A stretch of DNA of 64,000 nucleotides from an uncultured Oscillospiraceae bacterium (GCA_964461815.1 CAYWVF010000008.1:11638-75637), one strand, 5' to 3'. Counted from the first letter of the stretch, positions 28,039 to 37,889 are shown. A program made the numbers and translations. Notes: generated by a model from the letters alone, not told the origin.

Positions 28039-29361
28039 TTACTTGGAATAGAGCCAACATGCTTTGCCGGAGGAGGAGTAATACAGGTTGAAATCCTTAA
28101 GCTCACTGCCGTTGGCGGCAGCGGCTATTGATTGTACCGTGGGCAGCAGAGTTGTATTGACCTTATCCGGATGAAAGCTTTTCAGCGAAAGCTCCGCACT
28201 TACAAGCAGTGCGTTTTTATATTCGAATTTAGCGTAATAGCCGTTGTTGTTTATGATCGGGATAGAGGTATATTCGTTGCCGAACAGTATGATGAAGCGC
28301 TCACTGCTCTCGTTATAATATGCTCTGATCACATATGTCCCTATATTACCTGCATAGGAGGAAATAGACTGGCATATCCTGCTTGCTTCACCTATAAGCG
28401 AGGCTTTTTTCGCATCTGATATATCGACTCCGGGCAGCTCATCTACCTCGGGAGAGTAATATGTGAGGTAGCCGCCGGGGAAGATACGAAGTGTGTTCAG
28501 CTCCTCTACGTAAACGCTCACATCGTCTGACTCGGAGTAGCTTTTTGCGGTGTACGGATTGAAATCGAACGCTTCCAGGATAGTGTCTATCGCACGATTG
28601 GAGTCGAGTCCGGATAGCTCGTCGAGGATATTGGATATTCTCAGATCATATACATCCTGCTCGGTATATGATACGATAAATTCCGGAGGTGCGAGACTAC
28701 CCTCCGTTGATTCGGACATAAAGTAATATCCGTTGGGGAGATATTCGTCGAATAAGGACTGCATATACAGTGAATCGCAGCCGGTCTCCGATTTGTAAAT
28801 GCTTCTTGAGTCGGATTTGAAATATATATCCACGGTATCGCCCTCGTCTGCCGTGATGAGAATGTACCTTACGGACAGATCGGAGCTGTTGTTGAGCTCT
28901 GCACCGAGTGCGGCACACAGTGCTCGTACAGGCATCTCACCCTCGAAGTCGAGCAGCATCATGTTTTTCGAAAGCGCATCAGCCCAGTCCTTGTTCGTGA
29001 CCTGAACAGGAGGTGAAGCGGAGGACAGAGCTTCCGCAAGTGTAGGTGATACAGCTTCAAACATTGTCTGTGCATTGACTCTCGATGAGCTGTCGGCGGA
29101 GTATGAGTGATAAAGTCCCATATTCGTGCGGATAGTGCAGCGAAGAGGTGACATGACACTGAGCGTGTATGAGCTCTCCTCGTATTCCTCGAAAAAGTCG
29201 GAGCTGGTCTGCTCGCGTTTAAAGAGTGCGGAGAATGCACTCCCCGAGGAGCTGCCATAGAACCATACGTTATAGGTGAGAATGACAGCAGATATTATCA
29301 ATATAATAATTATAGCCGTTTTTATGGCTTCAATAAGTCGATCAGGTAATTTCTTTATCAT
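28039..29361 (-). CDS. YycH-like membrane-anchored regulator of the WalK-type kinase
   Basis: 440 aa. The N-terminal anchor IKTAIIIILIISAVILTYNVWFYG resembles the YycH anchor. An ATGA overlap couples it to the kinase stop. Confidence 0.6.
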   Translation of the reverse strand: MIKKLPDRLIEAIKTAIIIILIISAVILTYNVWFYGSSSGSAFSALFKREQTSSDFFEEYEESSYTLSVMSPLRCTIRTNMGLYHSYSADSSSRVNAQTMFEAVSPTLAEALSSASPPVQVTNKDWADALSKNMMLLDFEGEMPVRALCAALGAELNNSSDLSVRYILITADEGDTVDIYFKSDSRSIYKSETGCDSLYMQSLFDEYLPNGYYFMSESTEGSLAPPEFIVSYTEQDVYDLRISNILDELSGLDSNRAIDTILEAFDFNPYTAKSYSESDDVSVYVEELNTLRIFPGGYLTYYSPEVDELPGVDISDAKKASLIGEASRICQSISSYAGNIGTYVIRAYYNESSERFIILFGNEYTSIPIINNNGYYAKFEYKNALLVSAELSLKSFHPDKVNTTLLPTVQSIAAAANGSELKDFNLYYSSSGKACWLYSK

Positions 29362-31115
29362 TTTATCACCGAATCAAAGCGAAGCGGAAGCTTTATCGTA
29401 ACTGTAGTGCCGACGTCTAGCGTGGATTCGACGTTGATAGAGCCGTGATGATATTTTACTATCTCACCTGCAATGGCAAGACCGAGACCTGTACCGCCCT
29501 TTTCACGTGAGCGAGCCTTGTCCACTCGGTAAAAGCGCTCGAACAGACGTGGAATATCCTCCTTTGGAATACCGATACCGTTGTCGGTGACTGAAATAGC
29601 GGCCTCATTCTCCGTAGAATGAGCAGCTATCTTTATCCTGCCTCCGTTCGGAGTGTATTTGACGGAGTTTGCTACGATATTCACAACGACCTGCTCTATC
29701 CTTTCACGGTCGCCCTCGATATTCGGAAGTCCCTCCGCAAGATCGATCAGCAGCTCGTGGTTGTGATTTTTAGCCTCGAAGAGCATAGCATCGTAGACAG
29801 AGGTCAGCATCCTATCAAGTGGGAATATAGATATTTTAAGATCAAGCTTACCGTAGTCAAGACGTGAGAGAGTGAGAAGATCCTTTACGATACGTGCCAT
29901 TCTGTCAGCTTCATTATTGATAACGCCCAGGAATTTTTCCGAGAGCTCAGGCGGAAGATCGGGTGCATCGATAAGAGTTTCGGTGTAGCTCTTTATGCTT
30001 GTAAGCGGTGTACGCAGCTCATGCGATACATTCGCCACAAATTCACGTCGTGCCATCTCGAGCTTGTACTGCTCGGTGATATCGTGGATAACTGCCATGA
30101 CTCCCCTGCCGTGATCGGGAGATGCGATAGGTGCAAGGAAGATACGCAGCGTTCGGTTGTCCTGCTTGTACTCGACACCGTTTTGAATGTCGGGAGTGGA
30201 CAGGTCGGCATTGAGTCCGGGGAAGATCATATCGTATGTAAGGTCTTCGGAGAATTTCTTTGACAGCATTTCCTCTGCTGCCGGATTCATATGTATGATA
30301 TGTCCCGAGCTGTCAAAGGCGGCAACACCGTCGGTCATGTGCAGAAAGAGCGTGTTGAGCTTATTACGCTCGTTTTCAACTGTTTTGAGCGTTGACTGCA
30401 ATGCCTCAGCCATGTTGTTAAAGGTCTGCGTGAGCACACCTATCTCATCGTTTGATTGCACGGGAAGTGTACTTGAAAAGTTACCCTCAGCCAACAGCTT
30501 TGCGCCCTTTGTAACATTTTCAAGCGGAGTGGTCATTGTTTTCGAAAGGAAAAAGCTGAGTATAACGGAGAATACAAGACCGAACAAAATGACCTGTGCG
30601 ATAATGGAGAACAGCACCTGCGTAAGATTCGTAAGCTCGACCTTGTTATCCTTGACGTAGACTATATACGTGGCATCATCGGAGGATATCGGGATCGCAA
30701 GATCCATATATTTACTGCTCATGACTATGCTTGAGCCTACCTCACCGTTTATTGCCTTTATTATATTCGGGCTTTGCTCCAATGCAGCTCCGAGCACCTC
30801 ATTTGAGCCTGTGAGGTAACGACCAGATGAATCGAGGATATAGAAGTTTCTGTTCGAGCCTATACCGAGAGGGCCTGCGTATGCGTTTATGATATCACGC
30901 AGCTGTTCCGGGACGTCATCGGAAGCCTCTTCATCGACGGAGGATTCAAGCTCGCTGATGAGACGCTGAGTAAATACCGTCTCCATCTGTGTCTTGAAGT
31001 CGTCAAGATAAAATGTCGTTACACGGCTGACAAGCATCGTTCCGACTACCATCATTACCGACAGTATGAGAAGCACGAGGATCAGCACAAGCTTCATATG
31101 CAGAGAACGAAACAT
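29358..31115 (-). CDS. WalK-architecture sensor histidine kinase (2 TM, ectodomain, HAMP, PAS, HisKA, HATPase)
   Basis: H-box SHELRTPLTSIKSY; N/G boxes DNGIGIP and GGTGLGLAI; HAMP segment PLENVTKGAKLLAEGNF...DEIGVLTQTFNNMA. Confidence 0.85.
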   Translation of the reverse strand: MFRSLHMKLVLILVLLILSVMMVVGTMLVSRVTTFYLDDFKTQMETVFTQRLISELESSVDEEASDDVPEQLRDIINAYAGPLGIGSNRNFYILDSSGRYLTGSNEVLGAALEQSPNIIKAINGEVGSSIVMSSKYMDLAIPISSDDATYIVYVKDNKVELTNLTQVLFSIIAQVILFGLVFSVILSFFLSKTMTTPLENVTKGAKLLAEGNFSSTLPVQSNDEIGVLTQTFNNMAEALQSTLKTVENERNKLNTLFLHMTDGVAAFDSSGHIIHMNPAAEEMLSKKFSEDLTYDMIFPGLNADLSTPDIQNGVEYKQDNRTLRIFLAPIASPDHGRGVMAVIHDITEQYKLEMARREFVANVSHELRTPLTSIKSYTETLIDAPDLPPELSEKFLGVINNEADRMARIVKDLLTLSRLDYGKLDLKISIFPLDRMLTSVYDAMLFEAKNHNHELLIDLAEGLPNIEGDRERIEQVVVNIVANSVKYTPNGGRIKIAAHSTENEAAISVTDNGIGIPKEDIPRLFERFYRVDKARSREKGGTGLGLAIAGEIVKYHHGSINVESTLDVGTTVTIKLPLRFDSVIK

Positions 31116-31807
31116 TATTCAACCACGCTTTCTTTATATTCCTTTGTCGTGTAGATCAGACAGAAGCAGAGTGCCGACAGTATGCCAGATATGATCGAAA
31201 GGAATGTGTTTAAAGTGCTGCTGACGGAGAGCATCGTAATGAACGGCTGTATGTTCGTGCTCACAAACAGCATGTAGGATGCAAAGCAGGATACTGTATT
31301 TGATACGCCGAGTATTATGGTGAATACTGCTGATACGATACCGGAAATGCGGACAGCCGGTATATTTTCACGCTCAATGGCAAAAAGCAGCAGCATAGCT
31401 GCGATGAGCATTATACCGAGAGGTACGAATATCAGTGACAGCAGACTCGTGATGTCGGAGCTTCTAATGAGAGTGTACGCTGCGAGGTTGAACAGAGGTG
31501 TGATAAGCTCCCCTACAGCTCCGACGATAAATGCAGCCTTGTTCTTTCCATAGGCTGACTTAGCGCAAATGAGCAGAAGAATGCCCAATACAAGCGAAAA
31601 TATTGATTTTAACGCAAGATTAATATATGAAAATGATAGGACTGTGCTTGAAAGAAGCTCGGCAGCCACAAAGTCGGAAATGAATGCATTTATAAGCCTT
31701 GATGCTATCGCCCAGATGCTCGTAAATACAAGCATCACGGCGATAACGATACAAAGCGAGTTGTTTTTACTTAAAATACTGCGTGAGCTATTGCGTTCAG
31801 GCTGCAT
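31115..31807 (-). CDS. polytopic membrane protein of unknown function, translationally coupled to the kinase
   Basis: 230 aa with about 6 hydrophobic helices. The stop and start overlap as TAATG at 31113-31117. AGGAG lies upstream of the ATG. Confidence 0.65.
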   Translation of the reverse strand: MQPERNSSRSILSKNNSLCIVIAVMLVFTSIWAIASRLINAFISDFVAAELLSSTVLSFSYINLALKSIFSLVLGILLLICAKSAYGKNKAAFIVGAVGELITPLFNLAAYTLIRSSDITSLLSLIFVPLGIMLIAAMLLLFAIERENIPAVRISGIVSAVFTIILGVSNTVSCFASYMLFVSTNIQPFITMLSVSSTLNTFLSIISGILSALCFCLIYTTKEYKESVVE

Positions 31808-31869
31808 ACGGACTCCTTTCTGTCAGATAAGCTGTTAGTTACCGTGCTTTTAGATCAGACTGCGTGGCG

Positions 31870-33183
31870 CTACTTTTTCAGGATATCCGCCGCCGCTTCG
31901 ACGAGCTTCATTCCCACTTCCTCAAGCGGATATTTCAGAGTGCAGCCTGCCGCACACTTGTGTCCGCCACCGTCGAATTTCTTGCAGATCTGAGAAGCAT
32001 CTGCCTCGGCACCTGTGCGTACAGATACCTTGCAGCCCTCGTCACGCTCTGTGACGGTGATGCCTACCTCGACTCCCTCTATCGTGCGAGGAATGCCGGA
32101 AATGCCGTCGAGATCGTCGTTTGTGATATTATACTCACGGATGATATCACGGCTTATGAGCACGAGTGCAATCCTTCCGTTCTCGAAGAATTTCATACCG
32201 CTCTGTATTTCTCCGTCGAGCTTCATGCGTGACTGTGAGCGCAGCTCGAAATATTTTCTGTTGAGCAGCGCAGCGTCAGCACCTGCATCGAGGCAGCTTG
32301 CAGCTACACGGAGTGTGCGAGACGTTACGTTTGAAAACTTAAAGCAGCCGGTATCGGTGGAAACTGCCGAATATATCGCATTTGCAATGCTTTTATCGAT
32401 GGAAATGTTCATCATATTGATGATATCGTAGATTATCTCACCACATGCGGCAGCAGTCGGCTCGGAGTATGCAAGTCTGGCGAAATCGGGCAGTGAACGG
32501 TGATGATCGATCGCAAGATCGACATAGCCGATGTATTTTTCAGCATTTTTCGGGAAAAGCGAATTATCTGCGATATCCACTGTGACTATCGTGTCGGGAG
32601 TGTAGTCCTCCGGTGCGGTGATGCCCTCAAAAAGCGGCGCATAACGTGGCGTAAGCTCTGGATTTTCGAGAACAAATGCAGTTTTTTCGCACATATTCAG
32701 TGCTTTGCACAGTGCGGAGGCACAGCCTACAGTATCACCGTCGGGACGGACATGAGTCAGTATAAGGAAGTTATCACTTTCCTGCAAAAGCTTTACGACG
32801 TCGTTTATGTCAGCCTTTATCGTGACATTTACCTTTTTGGGAACGCTCTCGATGTCATTTAGCGTGCGGAGGATGGATGTACCTCTCTTGATGGAGTCGT
32901 CAAGTACGAAAACAGGCTCCGGAGCGGCACGAAGATTGATCCTTGACGCAACGTCGCGACGGATAAAGCCTGTGGCACTTTTCAGTCCCTTGAACGCAGC
33001 CTTAGCCTGTGCTTCGCTTCCGTAGACACTTACATATATTTTAGCATAACGGAGGTCGCCTGTGACCTCGCATTTAGTAATGCTTACAAATCCCTCGATA
33101 CGCGGATCCTTGAGTGTACGCATTGTCTCCGACAACGCCCTCAAGTATTCGTTTGAAATTCTGCTGATTCGCTGCTGAGACAT
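31870..33183 (-). CDS. rbfA: fusion protein: ribosome-binding factor A (aa 1-115) plus DHH/DHHA1 phosphoesterase (NrnA-like)
   Basis: The N-terminal part, RISRISNEYLRALSETM...DPRI.FVSITKCEVTGDLRYAKIYVSV, is RbfA. It is followed by FLILTHVRPDGDTVGC (DHH motifs I/II), AIDHH, and GGGHKCAAG (DHHA1). It is one open frame of 437 aa. Confidence 0.85.
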   Translation of the reverse strand: MSQQRISRISNEYLRALSETMRTLKDPRIEGFVSITKCEVTGDLRYAKIYVSVYGSEAQAKAAFKGLKSATGFIRRDVASRINLRAAPEPVFVLDDSIKRGTSILRTLNDIESVPKKVNVTIKADINDVVKLLQESDNFLILTHVRPDGDTVGCASALCKALNMCEKTAFVLENPELTPRYAPLFEGITAPEDYTPDTIVTVDIADNSLFPKNAEKYIGYVDLAIDHHRSLPDFARLAYSEPTAAACGEIIYDIINMMNISIDKSIANAIYSAVSTDTGCFKFSNVTSRTLRVAASCLDAGADAALLNRKYFELRSQSRMKLDGEIQSGMKFFENGRIALVLISRDIIREYNITNDDLDGISGIPRTIEGVEVGITVTERDEGCKVSVRTGAEADASQICKKFDGGGHKCAAGCTLKYPLEEVGMKLVEAAADILKK

Positions 33184-33230
33184 AAGTCAAACTTTGCTCC
33201 TTTGTTGTTTGTGTATGATAAAATTCAGAA

Positions 33231-33259
33231 AAGGCGGGCAGCTTTTACATACCCGCCTT
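33231..33259 (-). terminator. internal terminator/attenuator hairpin between infB and the rbfA fusion
   Basis: 8-bp GC-rich stem aaggcggg / cccgcctt. The minus strand then reads ttttctgaatttt. Confidence 0.6.
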
Positions 33260-33263
33260 AAAA

Positions 33264-35897
33264 TTATGGCTTAACTTCTTCCATTATATACGCTTCGATG
33301 CTGTCGCCTTCCTTGATATCCTGGAAGCGTTCGATGGTTATACCGCATTCATAGCCTGCAAGTACCTCACGAGCATCGTCCTTGAAGCGCTTGAGTGATG
33401 CAATCTCACCCTCATGGATAACGATACCGTCACGAACAAGGCGTATTTTGGACTGACGTGTGACCTTACCGTTCTGAACGTAGCAGCCTGCGATGGTTCC
33501 GAGTCCGCTGGCCTTAAAGGTCTGGCGAACCTCGATGTGACCGATAACGGATTCCTTGAACTTAGGTGCAAGCATACCCTTCATAGCAGCTTCCATCTCT
33601 TCAAGACAATCATAGATGACTCTGTACGTTCTTATGTCAACACCCTGACGTGCCGCACCCTCGGATGCATCGACAGAGGGTCTGACGTTGAAGCCGATGA
33701 TGATAGCATTGGAAGCACTGGCGAGCATAACGTCGGATTCATTTATAGCACCGACACCGGAATGGATGACACGTACCTTGACCTCCTCGTTTGACAGCTT
33801 CTCGAGAGATGCCTTGACTGCTTCACTTGTACCGTGAACGTCAGCCTTGACGATGAGGTTGAGCTCCTTGACCTCGCCCTCCTTGATATAATCAAAGAGT
33901 GAGTCGAGCGATACTCTTGCAACGCTCTTAGCCTGCTCTTCCTTTTCCTCCTCCTTACGCTGCTCGACAAGCTCTCTTGCCATACGCTCGTCGGCTACGG
34001 AGTAGAAGAGATCACCTGCATTCGGGACCTCGGAAAGACCGATGATCTCAACAGGGGTGGACGGACCTGCGGACTGTATCTTCTGCCCACGGTCGTTGTT
34101 CATAACTCTCACACGACCTACAGTCTTACCTGCGATTATAACGTCGCTCATATGGAGCGTACCATTCTGCACGAGCACAGTAGCAACAGGGCCGCGTCCG
34201 CGGTCGAGTCTTGCTTCGATGACAGTACCCTTTGCACTGCGGTCGGGATTTGCACGCAGCTCGAGCATATCTGCCGTAAGAAGTACCATCTCAAGCAGAT
34301 TTTCGATGCCCTCGCCCTTAAGAGCGGAGATCTTGCACACTATCGTGTCACCGCCCCATTCCTCGGGAACGAGACCGTACTCTGTCATCTGCTGGAGAAC
34401 ACGGTCAGGCTGTGCGTTTTCCTTATCTATCTTATTTACAGCTACGACTATCGGTACGTTAGCTGCCTTTGCGTGATTTATAGCCTCTATCGTCTGCGGC
34501 ATTATACCGTCATCCGCTGCAACAACGAGTATTACAACGTCTGTTACGGATGCACCGCGAGCACGCATCGATGTGAATGCGGCGTGACCCGGAGTATCAA
34601 GGAATGTGATCTCACGGTCGCCGAGCTTTACTCTGTAAGCACCTATGTGCTGAGTGATACCGCCTGCTTCACCTGCCGCAACGTTTGTACGGCGGATGCA
34701 GTCGAGCAGTGATGTCTTACCATGGTCAACGTGTCCCATAACGACTACAACAGGATCTCTCGGTACGAGATTTTCCTCAGCGTCCTCTGTGTTGTCGATG
34801 AGCTTATCCTCGATTGTGACTATGACCTCATGCTCTACCTTTGCACCGAGCTCCATAGCTACGAGCGATGCCGTATCAAAGTCGATGAACTGTGATATGC
34901 TTGCTATAACTCCGAGCTTCATGAGCTGCTTTATGACCTCGGCGGCAGTTTTCTTAAGTCTGAGTGCAAGCTCACCTACGGAGATCTCGTCCGGGATCAT
35001 GACCTTGATGGGCTGCTTTCTCATTACCTCCTGCTGGATCTTACGCAGCTTATCCTGCTCCTCCTGACGCTTTTTAGAGCCCATGAACTGAGACTGCTTC
35101 TTCTCACCGTTCTTCTTCGTGAGCTTCTGCTTTGTAGCGCCATGTGTAAACTCAGCCTTTTCGGGTACGAGCGAATCTATTCTGTCGTCATAGCGTGCGA
35201 GGTTTACGCTTGCACCTCGTGTATTGACGTAGGTACCCTTCTGAGATGATTTGGAGTGCTCTGACATTACCGTAACAGCTGCATCGGAGGAGTCACTTCC
35301 CTTGTGGATGAACTGATTCTGCTGCGGCTGCGGCTTTGGCTGCTGCTTTTCGGGACGCTTAGCATTATTCTTCTGCGGCTGTGTGAACTTGGGAGGAGCA
35401 AAGCGAGACTGATCCTTTGATGCACGGTAGTCGCTCTTTCCCTCTGCCTTTGCCGGACTGCCGATGTTTTCTGTCTTTGGTGTCTCCTGCTTGGGTGCTT
35501 CGGGTGCATTCTTCTTTTCCGGTTTAGTCTCTGCTGTCTTCACTTTATCTTCCACCTTCGGAGCATCTTCCTTCTTATCAGGTGCGGGCTTTTCAGCCTT
35601 ATGCTCAGTCTTCTTTTGTTCAGTCTTTTTAACCGGAGCCGTTTTTTTGGCAGGCTCTGTATTCTCATCAGCTGCCGGAGCTGACATTTGCTCGTTTAGA
35701 GCCTTTTCGATATTGTCCACCTGATTTTGCTGTGTCAGATATTCGAACAGATAATTGAGCTCTGCCTCTGTGAGCACCTGCATATGGTTCTTCGGAGGCT
35801 CTCCGTTATAGTCTGTAAGAATATTCATTATCACCTTAGATGTCAACTTAAAATCCTTTGCAAATTCGTGGATCCTGTACTTATCTCCTGCGCTCAA
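33264..35897 (-). CDS. infB: translation initiation factor IF-2
   Basis: 877 aa with a Lys/Pro/Glu-rich N-terminal region. G-domain motifs are [19 protein letters not shown] and NKID. The start codon is TTG, immediately after the upstream stop. Confidence 0.95.
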   Translation of the reverse strand: MSAGDKYRIHEFAKDFKLTSKVIMNILTDYNGEPPKNHMQVLTEAELNYLFEYLTQQNQVDNIEKALNEQMSAPAADENTEPAKKTAPVKKTEQKKTEHKAEKPAPDKKEDAPKVEDKVKTAETKPEKKNAPEAPKQETPKTENIGSPAKAEGKSDYRASKDQSRFAPPKFTQPQKNNAKRPEKQQPKPQPQQNQFIHKGSDSSDAAVTVMSEHSKSSQKGTYVNTRGASVNLARYDDRIDSLVPEKAEFTHGATKQKLTKKNGEKKQSQFMGSKKRQEEQDKLRKIQQEVMRKQPIKVMIPDEISVGELALRLKKTAAEVIKQLMKLGVIASISQFIDFDTASLVAMELGAKVEHEVIVTIEDKLIDNTEDAEENLVPRDPVVVVMGHVDHGKTSLLDCIRRTNVAAGEAGGITQHIGAYRVKLGDREITFLDTPGHAAFTSMRARGASVTDVVILVVAADDGIMPQTIEAINHAKAANVPIVVAVNKIDKENAQPDRVLQQMTEYGLVPEEWGGDTIVCKISALKGEGIENLLEMVLLTADMLELRANPDRSAKGTVIEARLDRGRGPVATVLVQNGTLHMSDVIIAGKTVGRVRVMNNDRGQKIQSAGPSTPVEIIGLSEVPNAGDLFYSVADERMARELVEQRKEEEKEEQAKSVARVSLDSLFDYIKEGEVKELNLIVKADVHGTSEAVKASLEKLSNEEVKVRVIHSGVGAINESDVMLASASNAIIIGFNVRPSVDASEGAARQGVDIRTYRVIYDCLEEMEAAMKGMLAPKFKESVIGHIEVRQTFKASGLGTIAGCYVQNGKVTRQSKIRLVRDGIVIHEGEIASLKRFKDDAREVLAGYECGITIERFQDIKEGDSIEAYIMEEVKP

Positions 35898-36317
35898 TTA
35901 TCGAACACCTCCGCTCGTATTGTCGTTATTTTTATATTTTCTTGCATGCTTTCTGTCTGCTTCAGCCTGAAGGCGTGAAGCACGTTCCGCAAATTTCTCG
36001 TCTGAAATACCTCTTTGCACGAGATGCGATGCAATGGCTGCTGCCATACCGGCATCACATACCGCCGCTATCGCACATTCCGCACGACCGAGTACATTGC
36101 CTATCTCCTGCTTTGTAAACGGAGTTACTACATGTACGACCTTATCCTCACCTGATGTGAGCCGTTCAAAGCGTTCGCGTGTGTTGTCGGACGCATCTGC
36201 CGCTATGAGTATCAGCTTGGCGTAGCCGTGCCTTATGGCATCGGATACCGCTTCCTGCCCTATTGCGGCTTTTCCTGCTTTTTTGCTGAGCCCCAGCATA
36301 GAAAGTTCTCTATCCAA
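35898..36317 (-). CDS. YlxQ-like L7Ae-family RNA-binding protein with a C-terminal charged extension
   Basis: LGLSKKAGKAAIGQEAVSDAIRHGYAKLILIAADAS is the L7Ae/YlxQ core. The start is either the TTG at 36317 or the ATG at 36299. The last 40 aa or so are an extra tail. Confidence 0.75.
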   Translation of the reverse strand: MDRELSMLGLSKKAGKAAIGQEAVSDAIRHGYAKLILIAADASDNTRERFERLTSGEDKVVHVVTPFTKQEIGNVLGRAECAIAAVCDAGMAAAIASHLVQRGISDEKFAERASRLQAEADRKHARKYKNNDNTSGGVR

Positions 36318-36585
36318 TGATCTGTTCCTCCATTTCCACGCTTAGCTGATCGTATACCTCATCCGGTACGGTGCATTCGAAGGCACGCTCGAGAGCCTTC
36401 GATTTGCGTATCTTTTTCAGGCATTCCTGATTCTTGCATATATACGCACCTCTGCCGGGCTTCTTGCCTTTGAAATCAAGCGATATTTCACCCTCGGGGC
36501 TACGCACGACCCTGATAAGCTCTTTTTTCGGAAAATGCTCTCTGCATCCAAGGCATTGGCGTATGGGAATTTTTTTCGGTTTCAT
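36310..36585 (-). CDS. ylxR: YlxR/RnpM (DUF448) protein
   Basis: MKPKKIPIRQCLGC....KKELIRVV....GEISLD..GKKPGRGAYIC matches the YlxR pattern. The homologous start is the ATG at 36585, not 36627. Confidence 0.85.
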   Translation of the reverse strand: MKPKKIPIRQCLGCREHFPKKELIRVVRSPEGEISLDFKGKKPGRGAYICKNQECLKKIRKSKALERAFECTVPDEVYDQLSVEMEEQIIG

Positions 36586-36732
36586 ATTTATACCATGCTT
36601 TGCCGTGCAAAGCATATATCCTTTCATCGGAATTTGTGGTGGTTTTCACGTAGGTGAAAATGAGCGACCGATCGTCGCAAGAACCACAAAAACGGACATC
36701 CCTCATTTCCCGTGGGTTACGTGATAAAATGA
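36586..36732 (-). promoter_or_regulatory. structured intergenic spacer between nusA and ylxR
   Basis: Outer helix gtggtt (36639-44) / aaccac (36682-87) encloses the hairpins ttcac-gtag-gtgaa and gcgac-cgatc-gtcgc. A separate 9-bp hairpin at 36595-36615 ends 10 nt before the ylxR ATG. Confidence 0.45.
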
Positions 36733-37839
36733 TTATTCCTCTGTCTTTTTTGCGGTCGTTTCGGCTTTAGCCTTGTTTTTATCATCAAATGCAGCTATCG
36801 CACGTGACTTTATATCGATCTTACAGCCTGTGAGCTTTACTGCGAGTCTTGCATTCTGTCCTTCCTTGCCTATCGCAAGTGAGAGCTGATCATCCGGAAC
36901 GATGACTCTGTAATTTTTAGGCTCGATCATATCTACCGACAAGACCTCTGCCGGAGCAAGTGCTGCTGCGATGAATTTTTCCATATCGTCGCTGTACTGA
37001 ACGATGTCTATCTTCTCACCGCCGAGCTCCGCTACGACTGCACTTACACGCTCACCTCTCGGGCCTACACATGCGCCTATAGCATCGATATCCTTTTCGG
37101 GTGAATATACGGCGATCTTCGTTCTGCCGCCGGCTTCACGTGAAATGCTCTTTATCTCAACAAGACCGTCTCTGATCTCAGGTACCTGAAGCTCAAAGAG
37201 TCTGCGTACAAGGCCGGGATGTGTACGTGAGATAAGTATCTTCGGACGGCCTCTGTCGTTCTTTACCTCTACGATGTATATCTTTATATGGTCGCCTTCC
37301 TTAAGCTTCTCATTCTTGATCTGCTCTGATGCGGGAAGCGGTATCTCGGACTTTTCAGCTCCCGAGCCCATCTCAAGTGTGATGGCACCGTTCTTCGGCT
37401 CGATGCGGCTTACTACCGCTGTCATGACCTCGTGCTCATTTGCCGTGAATTTTGCAAATACGAGTCCGAGCTCCTTTTCTCTGATGCCCTGGATTATGAC
37501 CTGCTTTGCTGTCTGAGCTGCGATACGTCCGAACTGCATCGCCTTTATCGGAACATTGACAATGCTTCCGAGCTCAGGATGACGTGTATATTTCAGTGCG
37601 TCCTCAGGCGTGATCTCGAGCGTGGGATTCTCCACAGCCTCGACTATCGTCTTCTTGGCGTACATACGAAGCTCTTTTTTCACTTCGTCCGGCTCGATAA
37701 CTATGTTTTCCGTTACTCCGTCATTATCACGCTTATATGCTGCGAGAAGTGCCTGAGATATTTTATCCAGCATATAGTCCTTAGGTATACCCTTTTCTTT
37801 TTCCAACGCTTCCAGTGCGCTAAATACGTTTTCACTCAT
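36733..37839 (-). CDS. nusA: transcription termination/antitermination factor NusA
   Basis: 368 aa with an N-terminal domain, S1, and two KH domains (GACVGPRGERV, AIGKEGQNARLA). Confidence 0.95.
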   Translation of the reverse strand: MSENVFSALEALEKEKGIPKDYMLDKISQALLAAYKRDNDGVTENIVIEPDEVKKELRMYAKKTIVEAVENPTLEITPEDALKYTRHPELGSIVNVPIKAMQFGRIAAQTAKQVIIQGIREKELGLVFAKFTANEHEVMTAVVSRIEPKNGAITLEMGSGAEKSEIPLPASEQIKNEKLKEGDHIKIYIVEVKNDRGRPKILISRTHPGLVRRLFELQVPEIRDGLVEIKSISREAGGRTKIAVYSPEKDIDAIGACVGPRGERVSAVVAELGGEKIDIVQYSDDMEKFIAAALAPAEVLSVDMIEPKNYRVIVPDDQLSLAIGKEGQNARLAVKLTGCKIDIKSRAIAAFDDKNKAKAETTAKKTEE

Positions 37840-37889
37840 TCCAAAAATACCACCCTTAATATCGCATTATATATCCGTTAAATTATGTT

